The notes below the pieces were generated by a model. The model ran no database searches. It was not told where the DNA came from and was given only the letters and a program-made list of their open reading frames with translations. Below are positions 1 to 10,350 of a DNA stretch of 64,000 nt, in pieces. The stretch is from assembly GCA_048937405.1 (NCBI GenBank), contig JBHLNF010000002.1, positions 224,001 to 288,000 of the forward strand, read 5' to 3'. A program made the translations under genes and the position numbers. The first letter of the stretch is position 1. Each line of letters starts with the position of its first letter. This stretch comes from Promethearchaeota archaeon (GTDB lineage: Archaea; Asgardarchaeota; Lokiarchaeia; Sigyniarchaeales; SOKP01).

Positions 1-438
1 AATAAAATTTCTATAGGTCTGATTATAGATAGTAATGAACTTAATAATAACCCCATTTTTCCAACAGAAATTAAAGAAGAACTATTAGAATCCCCCTATT
101 ATTTATTAATTTTCATTTCTCGAGAAGATGTTGTTAAAATAAGTTGCTTTCCAACAAAAAAAAGAAATATTAAAAAAATTCTTGTAAAATTAAAAGAATT
201 TTCACCAGATCTAGTCAAGGGAATATCTAACGTATTAAATGAATTAAATTTAAGCAAGGAAATTCTACATACTACGGGTTTGTGTTATGAAATGGAGAAA
301 TGTTTTTATGAGACATACCTTATTGGAGATCTTATAGATTCCGGGGAATTAACGATAGATAAAATAAGGGAGAAATTTATGGCCGTTGCAAATGTATTGA
401 AAGTACTAATCGAAGATATTCCATCTCTCACGGAATAA
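1..438 (+). CDS. Partial CDS (5' end outside window), possible C-terminal ACT-like domain
   Basis: Frame 1 is open from base 1 to TAA at 436-438 (NKISIG...DLVKGISNVLNELNLSKEILHTTGLC...IPSLTE). Not in the ORF track. Confidence 0.6.
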   Translation, partial: NKISIGLIIDSNELNNNPIFPTEIKEELLESPYYLLIFISREDVVKISCFPTKKRNIKKILVKLKEFSPDLVKGISNVLNELNLSKEILHTTGLCYEMEKCFYETYLIGDLIDSGELTIDKIREKFMAVANVLKVLIEDIPSLTE

Positions 439-520
439 AAAACTTATTAGCTAACAAACTGTAATTTATTATTTTAAAAATTTTAATAGAATTTTACTTA
501 TTAGTAACTTTTTTGCTTTT

Positions 521-727
521 ATGAATGATAAAAAAATACCTCCCCTACCTGTATTACCACCATCAATGACAATAAAAGAAAACTTCTGTCTTTTTCATAA
601 GGGGATTATTCAAGGTGATATTTATTCATGTCCTAAATGTAAAACCAAATATTGTTTGGAATGTGCTAAAAAAGCAAAATTAGAAGGAAAATTATGTATT
701 AAGTGCAAGCAATTAATTATTCTATAG
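521..727 (+). CDS. Small RING/PHD-like zinc-finger protein
   Basis: Eight ligands, C23-x2-H-x10-C-x2-C-x4-C-x2-C-x10-C-x2-C; Pro-rich N-terminus. Confidence 0.6.
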   Translation: MNDKKIPPLPVLPPSMTIKENFCLFHKGIIQGDIYSCPKCKTKYCLECAKKAKLEGKLCIKCKQLIIL

Positions 728-772
728 AAGATTGTTTACAAACAAGATTTTGAAAGTTAAATTTTGTCATCC

Positions 773-1165
773 TTAAGTTTGCTTAATTGAGGAAATTGAT
801 CTCCAACCCATCCAGAATATTATCCATAAAATGACAAAAATAAAAATTGATGTAAAAAAGGTGTACCATCCAATAAAGAGATCTCCATAAGGAGGCCTAA
901 GAAATGAAAATGGAATCCCTGCAACTGCAAATCCTACAAGATATCCATACCCCCAATATCGGTTCTTTAGCGCAATAATAACAGTAGGAATGATTGTAGT
1001 AAAAATTATCGTGAGATATGACAAGATCTCCATTGAGTCTAATATAAGCAACATATTTATCCATGAAGTAATAAAACCTATAATTACGCAGATTATAGTT
1101 CCAATATCAATTTTAAATTCTGGTTCTGGTCTTCCTACCGTTTGTTCTTTTGTTTTGTCAGACAT
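773..1165 (-). CDS. Small integral membrane protein (about 4 TM)
   Basis: 130 aa with four hydrophobic segments. Confidence 0.7.
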   Translation of the reverse strand: MSDKTKEQTVGRPEPEFKIDIGTIICVIIGFITSWINMLLILDSMEILSYLTIIFTTIIPTVIIALKNRYWGYGYLVGFAVAGIPFSFLRPPYGDLFIGWYTFFTSIFIFVILWIIFWMGWRSISSIKQT

Positions 1166-1394
1166 AATTGATTTATTTATCTTATAAAATTGATTACAAA
1201 TTACTAGTTTTTATTTTAATATCTTTGTACCCTGAATATAATAAAATTATTTAAGTGGTCATCATAATGATTTTATTTATAAACACTTAATGATATATTA
1301 ATGTTAAGATAGAAATTTAAATTTAATAACCATATTAAATATCAAACAAAAACATCAAAATTTGAAATCAACAATTTAAAAGATAATAAAACAA

Positions 1395-1514
1395 TGACTC
1401 CTGCCTACACCCTGGATTTTTGTCTTTTGGTAGTGTAATTCTTACACTCTGATTTCGCCCTCCTCCCCCTATTTTATTTTTGACGCTTATTTGCGTCGCG
1501 TAGGGCAGGAGTCA
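1395..1514. ncRNA. Candidate structured non-coding element (about 120 nt)
   Basis: GC-rich island in an AT-rich intergenic region. Terminal stem TGACTCCTGCCTAC (1395-1408) pairs with GTAGGGCAGGAGTCA (1500-1514). Internal hairpins AGTGTAA/TTACACT and GACGC/GCGTC. Confidence 0.4.
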
Positions 1515-1908
1515 CCCTTTAAAACCCTAAATATGATATCTTCATCTGCATATTGAAATAATTCAAAAGATCAAAACTAAAAAAAGTTATAAAATCAATT
1601 AAAACAAAATTATTGTTTTTGATAAAAATTTATTAATCTAATCATTTAAAAATAGCAAAATTAATGCATATATCATACTTTGCGCTTATTAAAATTTCCC
1701 CTTTAAAGTGAATGGTAATGTAATTTATATAATTACATTAAATATGAAATTATATTACTATTTTTATTAAAATATCGTGGTTTTTTTAATAATATCGATA
1801 ATATTATAGATATTATTAAAATATTTAAATCATTTAAAAGGTTAATTAGTAAAATAATTATTTAATAAAACATTTATCTAATTAAAAAAGAATAGTGTAA
1901 ATATTCTT

Positions 1909-3639
1909 ATGACTGAATTAGACATTCAATCTGCTCATAGGGAAGATGTTGAGATAATCCGAACAACTACGAGCATTTGTCCTGAATGTATGAAACATCT
2001 TCGAGCAGAAATATATGTAGATCCTGAAACGAACTGGGTTATGATGCGAAAAAACTGTAAGGATCATGGAGAATTTAAAGATAAGATTTCAATCAATCCT
2101 GACGAATATAAATGGCAACAGAATATTACAGACGAAGTTGGCTCTACTGTAAATAATTCTACTCAACCCGAATATACATCCTCTGGAATTAAAGAAATAA
2201 ATAAGGGTTGTCCATATGATTGTGGTTTATGTGCTAATCATAAGAGTGCTCCAAATATTTGCTTAATTGATATCACAAATCGCTGCAATCTAGCGTGTCC
2301 TATTTGTTTTGCTAATGCAAGCGCAAAAGGTTATGTAGTAGAACCTACCTTCGAAGAAATAGTACAAATTATGGAACATTTCAGATCAATAAAACCTATC
2401 CCCGCAGTTTTACTCCAAATATCAGGAGGAGAACCTACAGTTAGAGATGATCTCCCCGATATTATTCGTAAAGGACATGAACTAGGTTTTACTGAAATTA
2501 TGGTCACCACTAATGGTGTTCGATTTGGAAAATCCATAGATTTTATGAAAGAATGTTGGGATGCTGGAATGGATGCGTTATACCTACAATTTGACGCTAC
2601 TGATAATCCAGAAATATGGAAAAAGATCAGGGGTGTTAACTTATGGCCACTTAAAAAACGAGTTATTGAAAACGCTCGAAAAATGGGATTCTATGGCGTT
2701 ATGTTAGTCCCTGTAATTGCAAAGGGAGTAAATGATCATGAAATTGGGAAAATTTTAGAATTTGCTAAAAATAACTGTGATGTAGTATCAGGTGTTGTAT
2801 TCCAACCAGTTTCATTAACTGGACGTATTAGTTTCGAAGAATTAATGGATATAAGATATACTACTTCTGATTTAAAACAAGCAATTAATAAATACACTAA
2901 TGGATCTGTTACCCAATTTTATCCTATTGCATTTACATCGAAATTTACCAGACTGCTAGCATGGTTTGATGATGTTCCACAATTCAGTATGACAAGTCAT
3001 AGCGATTGCGGTTTTGCAACTATATGTGTCATCAATGATAAGGATGAATGGGAACCAATCGAACACTTCTTTGATGCTGAAGGATTGATTCGATGGACAA
3101 ATCATGTGTGGGATATGGTTCAAAAACAGGAAATTCCAAAACCTACTGGATTATTGAAAGGTATCAACCTAGAGGATTTTGGGCAGATTGCTTCTAAAAT
3201 TGGAAATTTTGTTGATGACATGACCAATTTAGGTTATCGACAAATTATGAAAACATATTACTTTGCGGGAGCAGCAAAATATATTAAAGATCCCCAAAAA
3301 ATTTTTACTAGTAAAACATATCAAGCATTTGCTCGTTTAGTAATGGCACCAAATTTAGCATCAGCAGGGAAATTCTTTCACGATCGAAATCTAATGATCA
3401 GCTCAATGCATTTTCAGGATGCATATAATTTTGACCTCGACAGAGTATGTAGATGCCTTGTTCATTACGGTGTTATCGATCCGGATGATCCTAGTAAAGT
3501 ACGCGAAATTCCTTTCTGCGCCCATAATACATTACATCGTCCTATTATAGAACGACAGCTTGCGATTAAAGGCCAAACAGCTAAAAAACCTGAAGAGATT
3601 CAGGCCGAAATAGAAGAATTATTAAAAACAATGGAATAA
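1909..3639 (+). CDS. tes: Radical SAM tetraether lipid synthase (Tes/GDGT-MAS, MJ0619 family)
   Basis: N-terminal TTSICPEC...CKDHG, then GCPYDCGLC..HKS, radical SAM CNLACPICF and GGEPT, and C-terminal MHFQDAYNFDLDRVCRC...PFCAHN. Confidence 0.85.
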   Translation: MTELDIQSAHREDVEIIRTTTSICPECMKHLRAEIYVDPETNWVMMRKNCKDHGEFKDKISINPDEYKWQQNITDEVGSTVNNSTQPEYTSSGIKEINKGCPYDCGLCANHKSAPNICLIDITNRCNLACPICFANASAKGYVVEPTFEEIVQIMEHFRSIKPIPAVLLQISGGEPTVRDDLPDIIRKGHELGFTEIMVTTNGVRFGKSIDFMKECWDAGMDALYLQFDATDNPEIWKKIRGVNLWPLKKRVIENARKMGFYGVMLVPVIAKGVNDHEIGKILEFAKNNCDVVSGVVFQPVSLTGRISFEELMDIRYTTSDLKQAINKYTNGSVTQFYPIAFTSKFTRLLAWFDDVPQFSMTSHSDCGFATICVINDKDEWEPIEHFFDAEGLIRWTNHVWDMVQKQEIPKPTGLLKGINLEDFGQIASKIGNFVDDMTNLGYRQIMKTYYFAGAAKYIKDPQKIFTSKTYQAFARLVMAPNLASAGKFFHDRNLMISSMHFQDAYNFDLDRVCRCLVHYGVIDPDDPSKVREIPFCAHNTLHRPIIERQLAIKGQTAKKPEEIQAEIEELLKTME

Positions 3640-3810
3640 TCTTTTATTTTGCTCTTTTTTTTCGTTTAGAAGTTATTTAAGCTTCCTTTTTTAGAAATAA
3701 AATTATTTTTAAAAATTACCTAACCTATTTAATTAATTTATTTCTTTTTTTTTCTTAAGTAATATATTCATTTTTTATTTTAAATAACAATCAAAAAGAA
3801 ATTGTGATTA

Positions 3811-4854
3811 TTGATTATGTTTTATGAAGGAAAATGTACTCTCTGTGGAGAATGCTTGTCGAAATGTTATTATTTATCATATCCGGAGGTAAAAGCTAAG
3901 TCGGAGTTTGAAAAGTTGATAAAAGGCGAAGATAGCTCAGTGACTAGGGAATGTGTCACATGTATAAGGTGCAATGACATCTGTCCTGAAAATGCAAATC
4001 CATTTGATTTGATATCTAAGAGACAAGAAGAAACTGGAACATTTCCCTTTAATAAGGATCGACTAGTAAATTATGATATGGTTAGAAAGATACCTTCAAG
4101 GATAACTAAAGGTGATCCAGGAAAGCCTGTAATGGGGCTTGCCTTAATTCAGAAGGCTCGTTTACCAGGAGTGTTGGAAGGACAACTTTTTGAGGGACTA
4201 ACTACTTTATCAGGAGGAGATTATTTTTCCTGGGTCGGTAATGTTCATATTGGAAGACAAAGTTTGGTTAATAAAGAAAATGTTCAAAATCTAGTGGATA
4301 ATTATGCAAAACTCAATGTTGAAGAAATTATTTTTTATCATGAAGAATGCTATGCGGTGGTAACTTATTTTGCAAAAGAATTCAATATTGATGTACCTTT
4401 TAGACCAATTCACATTTACGAATATTTAAAAGATTATGTGAAAGAGCATTCAGATCAAGTTAAAAAACTAAATATGAAAGTTGCCTACCATCCCCCATGT
4501 TCCTCTAGATATGTCAATGGAATGGATGAAGTTTTAGATGAGCTTTTTGAATTAATAGGAGTTGAGAGAGTAAAGCGAAAATATGACAGAGAAGGAGCTT
4601 TATGTTGTGGATCGGTTCAATCAGCAATGGATACTGTTTCTAAAGAAGAAGAGCATGAATGGAGAATGAAAAATATTATGGACGCAAAGGAGGCAGGAGC
4701 TGAAGCTTTTGTTCTATTATGTCCTGTATGTATTCCTGGTCTTAGAGGCAGAGCAAAAGCACAGGGAATGGAACCCTATATTCTAAGTAACCTCGTGCGT
4801 TTGGCTTTAGGTGAGGAACTCACCCATGGAGGAGCAGCAAAGAAATTTGATTAA
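3811..4854 (+). CDS. Fe-S oxidoreductase (HdrD/GlpC-like, 4Fe-4S + CCG domains)
   Basis: Two CxxCxxCxxxC motifs, then YHPPC, LCCG and LCPVC motifs. Confidence 0.8.
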   Translation: MIMFYEGKCTLCGECLSKCYYLSYPEVKAKSEFEKLIKGEDSSVTRECVTCIRCNDICPENANPFDLISKRQEETGTFPFNKDRLVNYDMVRKIPSRITKGDPGKPVMGLALIQKARLPGVLEGQLFEGLTTLSGGDYFSWVGNVHIGRQSLVNKENVQNLVDNYAKLNVEEIIFYHEECYAVVTYFAKEFNIDVPFRPIHIYEYLKDYVKEHSDQVKKLNMKVAYHPPCSSRYVNGMDEVLDELFELIGVERVKRKYDREGALCCGSVQSAMDTVSKEEEHEWRMKNIMDAKEAGAEAFVLLCPVCIPGLRGRAKAQGMEPYILSNLVRLALGEELTHGGAAKKFD

Positions 4855-4946
4855 AACAATTTGAAAAAGAAATTTTGCTAAAATAAATGCAAATTTTATG
4901 AAGACAAAAAATAACTATAAAATTCTCTTTTTTCTTATAATTTTAC
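4137..4946 (+). repeat. Copy 1 of an ~810 bp direct repeat (copy 2 at 8036-8845)
   Basis: Collinear at an offset of 3899 bp; the 3' part and downstream flank are nearly identical. Confidence 0.9.
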
Positions 4947-5050
4947 ATTAGTTTTCAAGCAATTTATTGTTGGAAACTATTTTTTTTTTATCCAATTAAA
5001 AATCTGTAAGTTAGCAAAATTTTAATTTTCAATTACTTTTTAACCCAAAA

Positions 5051-5833
5051 TTAGACAAGTTCTTCTTTTAGTTTAATTAAGTATCTTAGAGCTTTTAAGC
5101 CTTCAATCGTAATCATATATTTTCTTTTCTCTTGCAATACATATCCTGCTTTAATAAGTTTTTCTATATGGAAGATTAAATGTCCCGCTTTAATACCTAT
5201 ATCTTTTTCTAATTGACTATAGGTTTTCCCACCATTTCTTAAATTCTTTAAGATTTTAAGCCTTATTACATTTGATAATGGAGTTAGGATTCTATTGATT
5301 TCATCCTCTATTCCATCTTTGAAATTTAGGTCATCATTTAGGGAAATAAGTTCTTCGGTATATATTTTGATATTTTCCTGTGCTGTGGTAATTAAATCTT
5401 TCAAAGTTGAATAAATTTGCATAGAATTACTTAAACAATCCTTATTACATTTTTTTTTATAAAATTTGTAATCTGAAGTTTTAAGATATGAATCAAGTAA
5501 ATTTATTGCTTTATTAGGGCCTTGGTCATTATAAACTTGTAAGACTTTGTAAATACCTCCTTCTAATAACCTTACACATAGGTTTATTCTTTCACATTCT
5601 GGATCTTTATTGTCTAAGAAATGTATCATACCTTTTTGAGCTGCAAAAGTTAATTTAGAAAAGTATTGATCTTTTGTATTTGCTTTTATTAAGATTTCTA
5701 ATTCCCTTTTCATCTGTAAAATTATATCTTGCAAGAAATCGAACTTTTTCTCTATATTATCTAATTTATTCTCAATCAGAGTTAAATCATTCATTTTTTT
5801 TGTAGTTGTTATTTTTTTTCTTAAATTTTTCAA
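5051..5833 (-). CDS. ArsR-family winged-HTH transcriptional regulator with Cys-containing N-terminal domain
   Basis: C-terminal LSNVIRLKILKNL...TYSQL...GHLIFHIEKL...YMITIEG; divergent from the enoyl-CoA hydratase gene. Confidence 0.75.
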   Translation of the reverse strand: MKNLRKKITTTKKMNDLTLIENKLDNIEKKFDFLQDIILQMKRELEILIKANTKDQYFSKLTFAAQKGMIHFLDNKDPECERINLCVRLLEGGIYKVLQVYNDQGPNKAINLLDSYLKTSDYKFYKKKCNKDCLSNSMQIYSTLKDLITTAQENIKIYTEELISLNDDLNFKDGIEDEINRILTPLSNVIRLKILKNLRNGGKTYSQLEKDIGIKAGHLIFHIEKLIKAGYVLQEKRKYMITIEGLKALRYLIKLKEELV

Positions 5834-5965
5834 ATCATCTTTTAAACTATATTAATCTATACTTACTTAATAATCTATAGAAAAATATAGGAGAAACTTA
5901 ACTTTTATATAGAAAATTAAATTATGAGGATTATAATAGTAGAACTCTCAATCATGGGAAATTAG

Positions 5966-6691
5966 ATGAATAATTTTAAATATATTAAATTGGAAAGAAA
6001 AGGTAAAATTTGTATTTGTATACTAAATCGTCCTGAAAAGAAAAATGCTTTAAGTGAAGCTCTCAGAACAGAAATTCTTACTGCATTAGATGACCTCAGA
6101 GAAGATGACCGTATTTCAACAGTAATATTCTATGGAGGTAAGGAATTTTTCTCTACTGGTTTTGATAAAGATGAAGTTCAAGAAGCAATATTAGATCCTG
6201 AAAAAACTCAACGATTAAAAGACACATCACTTCTCTTTCATAAAAAATTTTTTGAATATCCAAAATTAACCATAGCAGCAATTTCAGGTTATGCTCTTGG
6301 TGGTGGTTTTGATCTAGCCATACTCTGTCACCTTCGAGTTGCTTCAAAAACAGCGATTTTCGGTCACCCGGAAATAGGATTTGGGGCGGTACCATTATTC
6401 TTTTCTTACATGTCTCTTATAGGGCGTGGAAAGGCTTTAGAACTAGTACTGAATACTACTCGAAAAGAGAATTTTATTGATGCTGAAGAAGCTTATCATT
6501 TGAATATAATTAATAAATTGGTAGAACCCGAAAATGTCCTTAATGAGGCAATAAATATGGCAAAACAAATCCATAAATCTCCAAAATTAGCGGTATCTAG
6601 CTTATTAAAAGTGAATAATGCTTTTTTTGACCAATATAAAGCATATGAGAATGAAGTTGATGTTATTGTTAGTAATATGATAAAAAAATAG
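5966..6691 (+). CDS. Enoyl-CoA hydratase/isomerase family protein
   Basis: LNRPEKKNAL, FSTGFD, AAISGYALGGGFDLA, FGHPE motifs. Confidence 0.9.
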   Translation: MNNFKYIKLERKGKICICILNRPEKKNALSEALRTEILTALDDLREDDRISTVIFYGGKEFFSTGFDKDEVQEAILDPEKTQRLKDTSLLFHKKFFEYPKLTIAAISGYALGGGFDLAILCHLRVASKTAIFGHPEIGFGAVPLFFSYMSLIGRGKALELVLNTTRKENFIDAEEAYHLNIINKLVEPENVLNEAINMAKQIHKSPKLAVSSLLKVNNAFFDQYKAYENEVDVIVSNMIKK

Positions 6692-6724
6692 TAATAAAAA
6701 TATATAAAACTTAAAGGTGTTTAT

Positions 6725-7177
6725 TTGGTAAAGGAAAATATGAGCCTAAAAGATCCAATTTCTCTTATGCAAGGACATTTGGGATATAGTAACGAAGAGA
6801 TGAAAATTTTTCTTAAAGATCCAAGAATAAAAACAACTCTCAAACAATCATTCGCGCTATTAAACAAAACTTTTGTGGTAGAAGTTATTAAATCACATGG
6901 ATGTAATTCTCAGCATAAATCAGGAGATAAATTTTATTTTGACGGTGTAGGGAATCTTCTTACTAAACTAAACCCTAAAAAAATATGCATTTATGCATTA
7001 AGTCAAATTGAAAGGTTAATATTTGGAGCGCATGAACTTTTTTTTGCAAATCAAGATCCAAATGATATGAAAATAAAAAGGGTAGGATGTTTCGATGTTG
7101 GTCTGAAATGTGGAGGTTGGGGACGAATCATTATGGAAATTAAAATGATAGATAGAAAAGCTCTTAAAAAGATATAA
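6725..7177 (+). CDS. Conserved Cys-containing protein (TIGR04076-like)
   Basis: VEVIKSHGC...HK.GDKF, ICIYAL and CFDVG...GRIIMEI pattern. Confidence 0.55.
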   Translation: MVKENMSLKDPISLMQGHLGYSNEEMKIFLKDPRIKTTLKQSFALLNKTFVVEVIKSHGCNSQHKSGDKFYFDGVGNLLTKLNPKKICIYALSQIERLIFGAHELFFANQDPNDMKIKRVGCFDVGLKCGGWGRIIMEIKMIDRKALKKI

Positions 7178-7456
7178 AAGACATCTATAAATCTATAGCG
7201 CTATAAAATTAGTAGGTATTTTGAGTCATCATTACATTTTATATACCCTAAAAAACTCTCCCTATTTAAAGAAAAATACATATAGTGATTGCCGAAGTTT
7301 TTCCTTTAAATGTTTTCTTAGTGAGCCTTAAAATAAGTCAAAAAAACTACTGGAGTGTATGAATTTAAAATTGTATTTAAATTTTTGACAATAAAATCTT
7401 AAAAATGGTTTAAAATTTTTTAAAAATGAAAAAAAAAAGGTTTATAACTAGATTTT

Positions 7457-7837
7457 TTACCTATTAGAAAAATGATTTTTATAATATTGTAGACCATCTT
7501 TCAATGCAATATCAATGTTTTGTTTTTCCTCATCTGTCATTACAAGTCTTTTGAGATAAAAACCTAATCTCTCTACTATAAAAAATCCAATTTTTTTTAT
7601 TCGATCTTCTGATGTCATGTTCAATGCATCAGTAAAATAATGTTTGTTTTCCTTCTGCCAATCCATTACAGCACGGTATATAAATCCACGCATCGCCAGC
7701 TCTGACATGTTGATAAATTTACACATCATTTCAGCTTCAGTAATAATTATCTTCCTTTGAAAGCTATCCATTTTTGCTTTTGAAAAATCAGATTCTGCTT
7801 TTTCTAATTCAATTTTGTTAAATTCTATAGATGTCAT
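7457..7837 (-). CDS. Hypothetical protein
   Basis: 126 aa ATG ORF with no recognised motif. Confidence 0.6.
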   Translation of the reverse strand: MTSIEFNKIELEKAESDFSKAKMDSFQRKIIITEAEMMCKFINMSELAMRGFIYRAVMDWQKENKHYFTDALNMTSEDRIKKIGFFIVERLGFYLKRLVMTDEEKQNIDIALKDGLQYYKNHFSNR

Positions 7838-8035
7838 TTTTTTACACTTTTTTCTTTTTTTTACACTTTTTTCTTTTTTTTTGTAAAAAAATAAAAATAA
7901 TTATCATATTTAAACTTTTGAAAAAAGAAAATCAGTATTCTAAAGGTAATTTTTTGGAAATTTAGGTAAAAAAAAAGGAAAAAAATATAGAATTTATTTG
8001 ACTCATTCATTTATTCAATGAAATTAAGATATCTT

Positions 8036-8753
8036 GCTTGCCTTAATTCAGAAGGCTTGTTTACCAGGAGTTTTGGAAAGACAATTTTTTGAGGGATTAA
8101 CTACTTTATGAGGAGGGGATTATTTTTCTCGGGTCGGTAACGTTTATATTGGAAGGCAGAGTTTAGTTAATAAAGAAAATGTTCAAAATCTGGTGGATAC
8201 TTATACAAAACTCAATGTTGACGAAATTATTTTTTATCATGAAGAATGCTATGTGGTGTTAACTTATTTCGCAAAAGAATTTAATATTGATGTACATTTT
8301 AGACCAATTCATATTTATGAATATTTAAGAGATTATGTGAAAGAGCATACAGATCAAGTTAAAAAACTTAATATGAAAGTTGCTTATAATCCTCCATGTT
8401 CCTCTAGATATGTTAATGGAATGGATGAAGTTTTGGATGAGCTTTTTGAATTAATAGGAGTTGAGAGAGTGAAGCGAAAATATGACAGAGAAGGAGCTTT
8501 ATGTTGTGGATCCGTTCAGTCATCAATGGATACTGTTTCTAAAGAAGAAGAGCATGAATGGAGAATGAAAAATATTATGGACGCAAAGGAGGCAGGAGCT
8601 GAAGCTTTTGTTCTATTATGTCCTGTATGTATTCCTGGTCTTAGAGGCAGAGCAAAAGCACAGGGAATGGAACCCTATATTCTAAGTAACCTCGTGCGTT
8701 TGGCTTTAGGTGAGGAACTCACCCATGGAGGAGCAGCAAAGAAATTTGATTAA
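8036..8753 (+). pseudogene. 5'-truncated duplicate of the Fe-S/CCG oxidoreductase gene
   Basis: Begins mid-gene (matches from 4137), lacks the ferredoxin motifs, and has an in-frame TGA at 8109-8111 where the intact copy has TCA. Confidence 0.85.
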
Positions 8754-8846
8754 AACAATTTGAAAAAGAAATTTTGCTAAAATAAATGCAAATTTTATGA
8801 AGACAAAAAATAATTATAAAATTCTTATTTTTTTATTATTTTACTT

Positions 8847-10274
8847 TTATGTAGTTATTTTCCATCTGGGTCCTTCTGCTCCATCTTCAATTTGAATTCC
8901 GACTTCTTTTAATTTTTGTCTAATTTTATCACTTAATTCATAATTTTTTTCTTTTCTTGATTGTTCTCGAATATTAATTATTATCTCCATTAATTCATTT
9001 AGTTTTTGATCATCAAAACCTTTCTTTTTTGTGAAATCAAGTCCTAGAACTCCAAGTAATTCAATAAGAGTATCTCTTGCTTTTTTAAGTAATTCTTTTT
9101 TATTATCCAGTGATGAATTAACTTGTTTTATAAATTCATAAATTGCGGCAAAAGCTTTTGGAGTATTAAAATCATCATCCATAGCTTCCTCAAAACTACT
9201 TCTTACATCTTTTATTGCTGATTTAAGTGTATCATTATTTCCACCAGTGGAATGTTCAATGTTATTCAAACAATTTCTAATTTTTTCAATGTTACTTTTG
9301 GCATTCTCTATTACTTTTGGATTCCAATCCACAGCAGATCGATAATGACTCGAAACTAGGCCCATTTTTACCACAAGTCCTCCGTGTTCATTAATTAATT
9401 CACGGGCAGTGACATAGTTTCCAAGACTTTTACTCATTTTCTGCCCATTTACAGTTATAAATTCTGCATGCATCCACCAATTAACAAACTTTTTACCTGT
9501 TGCAGCCTCAGATTGAGCAATTTCATTTGGATGATGAGTAGGAATATGATCAATTCCTCCTCCGTGAATATCTAATGTTTCTCCTAAATATTTCATTCCC
9601 ATTACCGAACATTCAAGATGCCATCCAGGATAACCTTGACCCCATGGAGAATTCCATCTCATAATGTGGATTTGATCTCCTTTTCGTGCATTTAACCATA
9701 ACGCAAAGTCATAATAATTCCTTTTTAGTGGATCTTGAGCCACACGTGCCTGTGCTTTTTCCTCATCAAATTTTAATTTGGCAAGTTTTCCATAGTCCTT
9801 AAATTTAAAAGTATCATAATATACGTTTCCTTCAACTTCATAAGCATAACCTTTTTTTAGTAAAATCTTTATGATTTCGATCATTTCGGGAATAAGTGCT
9901 GTTGCTCTAGGGGATATATTTGGTCTTTGAATATTTAGATCGTCAATATCTCTCCAATATTTTTCGATTTGTTTATCGACCAATTCCCATGGATTTATCT
10001 TTTCCTCTCTTGCTCTTTTCTCTATCTTATCTTCCCCTAGATCTGCATCATCGGTTAAATGACCTACATCTGTGAAGTTTTGAACATGACACACATCATA
10101 GCCCTTATATCGAAGGTATCTCACTACCACATCCCAAGAACTATACGTACTTGCATTACCTATATGTAGATCATCATATACTGTCTGCCCACAAGTATAT
10201 ATTTTTACGCGACCTTCCTCTATCGGTTTAAATACTTCCTTTTGCCGACTCATTGTGTTATAGATTTTAAGCAT
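8847..10274 (-). CDS. cysS: Cysteine--tRNA ligase
   Basis: YTCGQTVY..LHIGN, PGWHLECS, DIHGGG.D..HH.NE, KMSKSLGN, DDFNTP. Confidence 0.97.
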   Translation of the reverse strand: MLKIYNTMSRQKEVFKPIEEGRVKIYTCGQTVYDDLHIGNASTYSSWDVVVRYLRYKGYDVCHVQNFTDVGHLTDDADLGEDKIEKRAREEKINPWELVDKQIEKYWRDIDDLNIQRPNISPRATALIPEMIEIIKILLKKGYAYEVEGNVYYDTFKFKDYGKLAKLKFDEEKAQARVAQDPLKRNYYDFALWLNARKGDQIHIMRWNSPWGQGYPGWHLECSVMGMKYLGETLDIHGGGIDHIPTHHPNEIAQSEAATGKKFVNWWMHAEFITVNGQKMSKSLGNYVTARELINEHGGLVVKMGLVSSHYRSAVDWNPKVIENAKSNIEKIRNCLNNIEHSTGGNNDTLKSAIKDVRSSFEEAMDDDFNTPKAFAAIYEFIKQVNSSLDNKKELLKKARDTLIELLGVLGLDFTKKKGFDDQKLNELMEIIINIREQSRKEKNYELSDKIRQKLKEVGIQIEDGAEGPRWKITT

Positions 10275-10350
10275 AAAATAATAAAGAAGAGAAAAAAATA
10301 AGAATTTTACGGAAGTTTTTAAGATCTATTATCTTCTGCTAAAGTTTAAA

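Noticed and set aside
1395-1514. 5S rRNA or tRNA
   Set aside because: The size fits 5S, but conserved 5S motifs (e.g. CCGAAC) and tRNA cloverleaf/TTCGA motifs are absent on both strands.
7838-7882. Two-copy T-rich tandem repeat (TTTTTTTACACTTTTTTC)
   Set aside because: Low-complexity slippage duplication with no evident function.
8109-8111. In-frame TGA read as selenocysteine
   Set aside because: It aligns to Ser (TCA) in the intact copy, the copy is 5'-truncated with other substitutions nearby, and no SECIS was recognised; a nonsense mutation is simpler.
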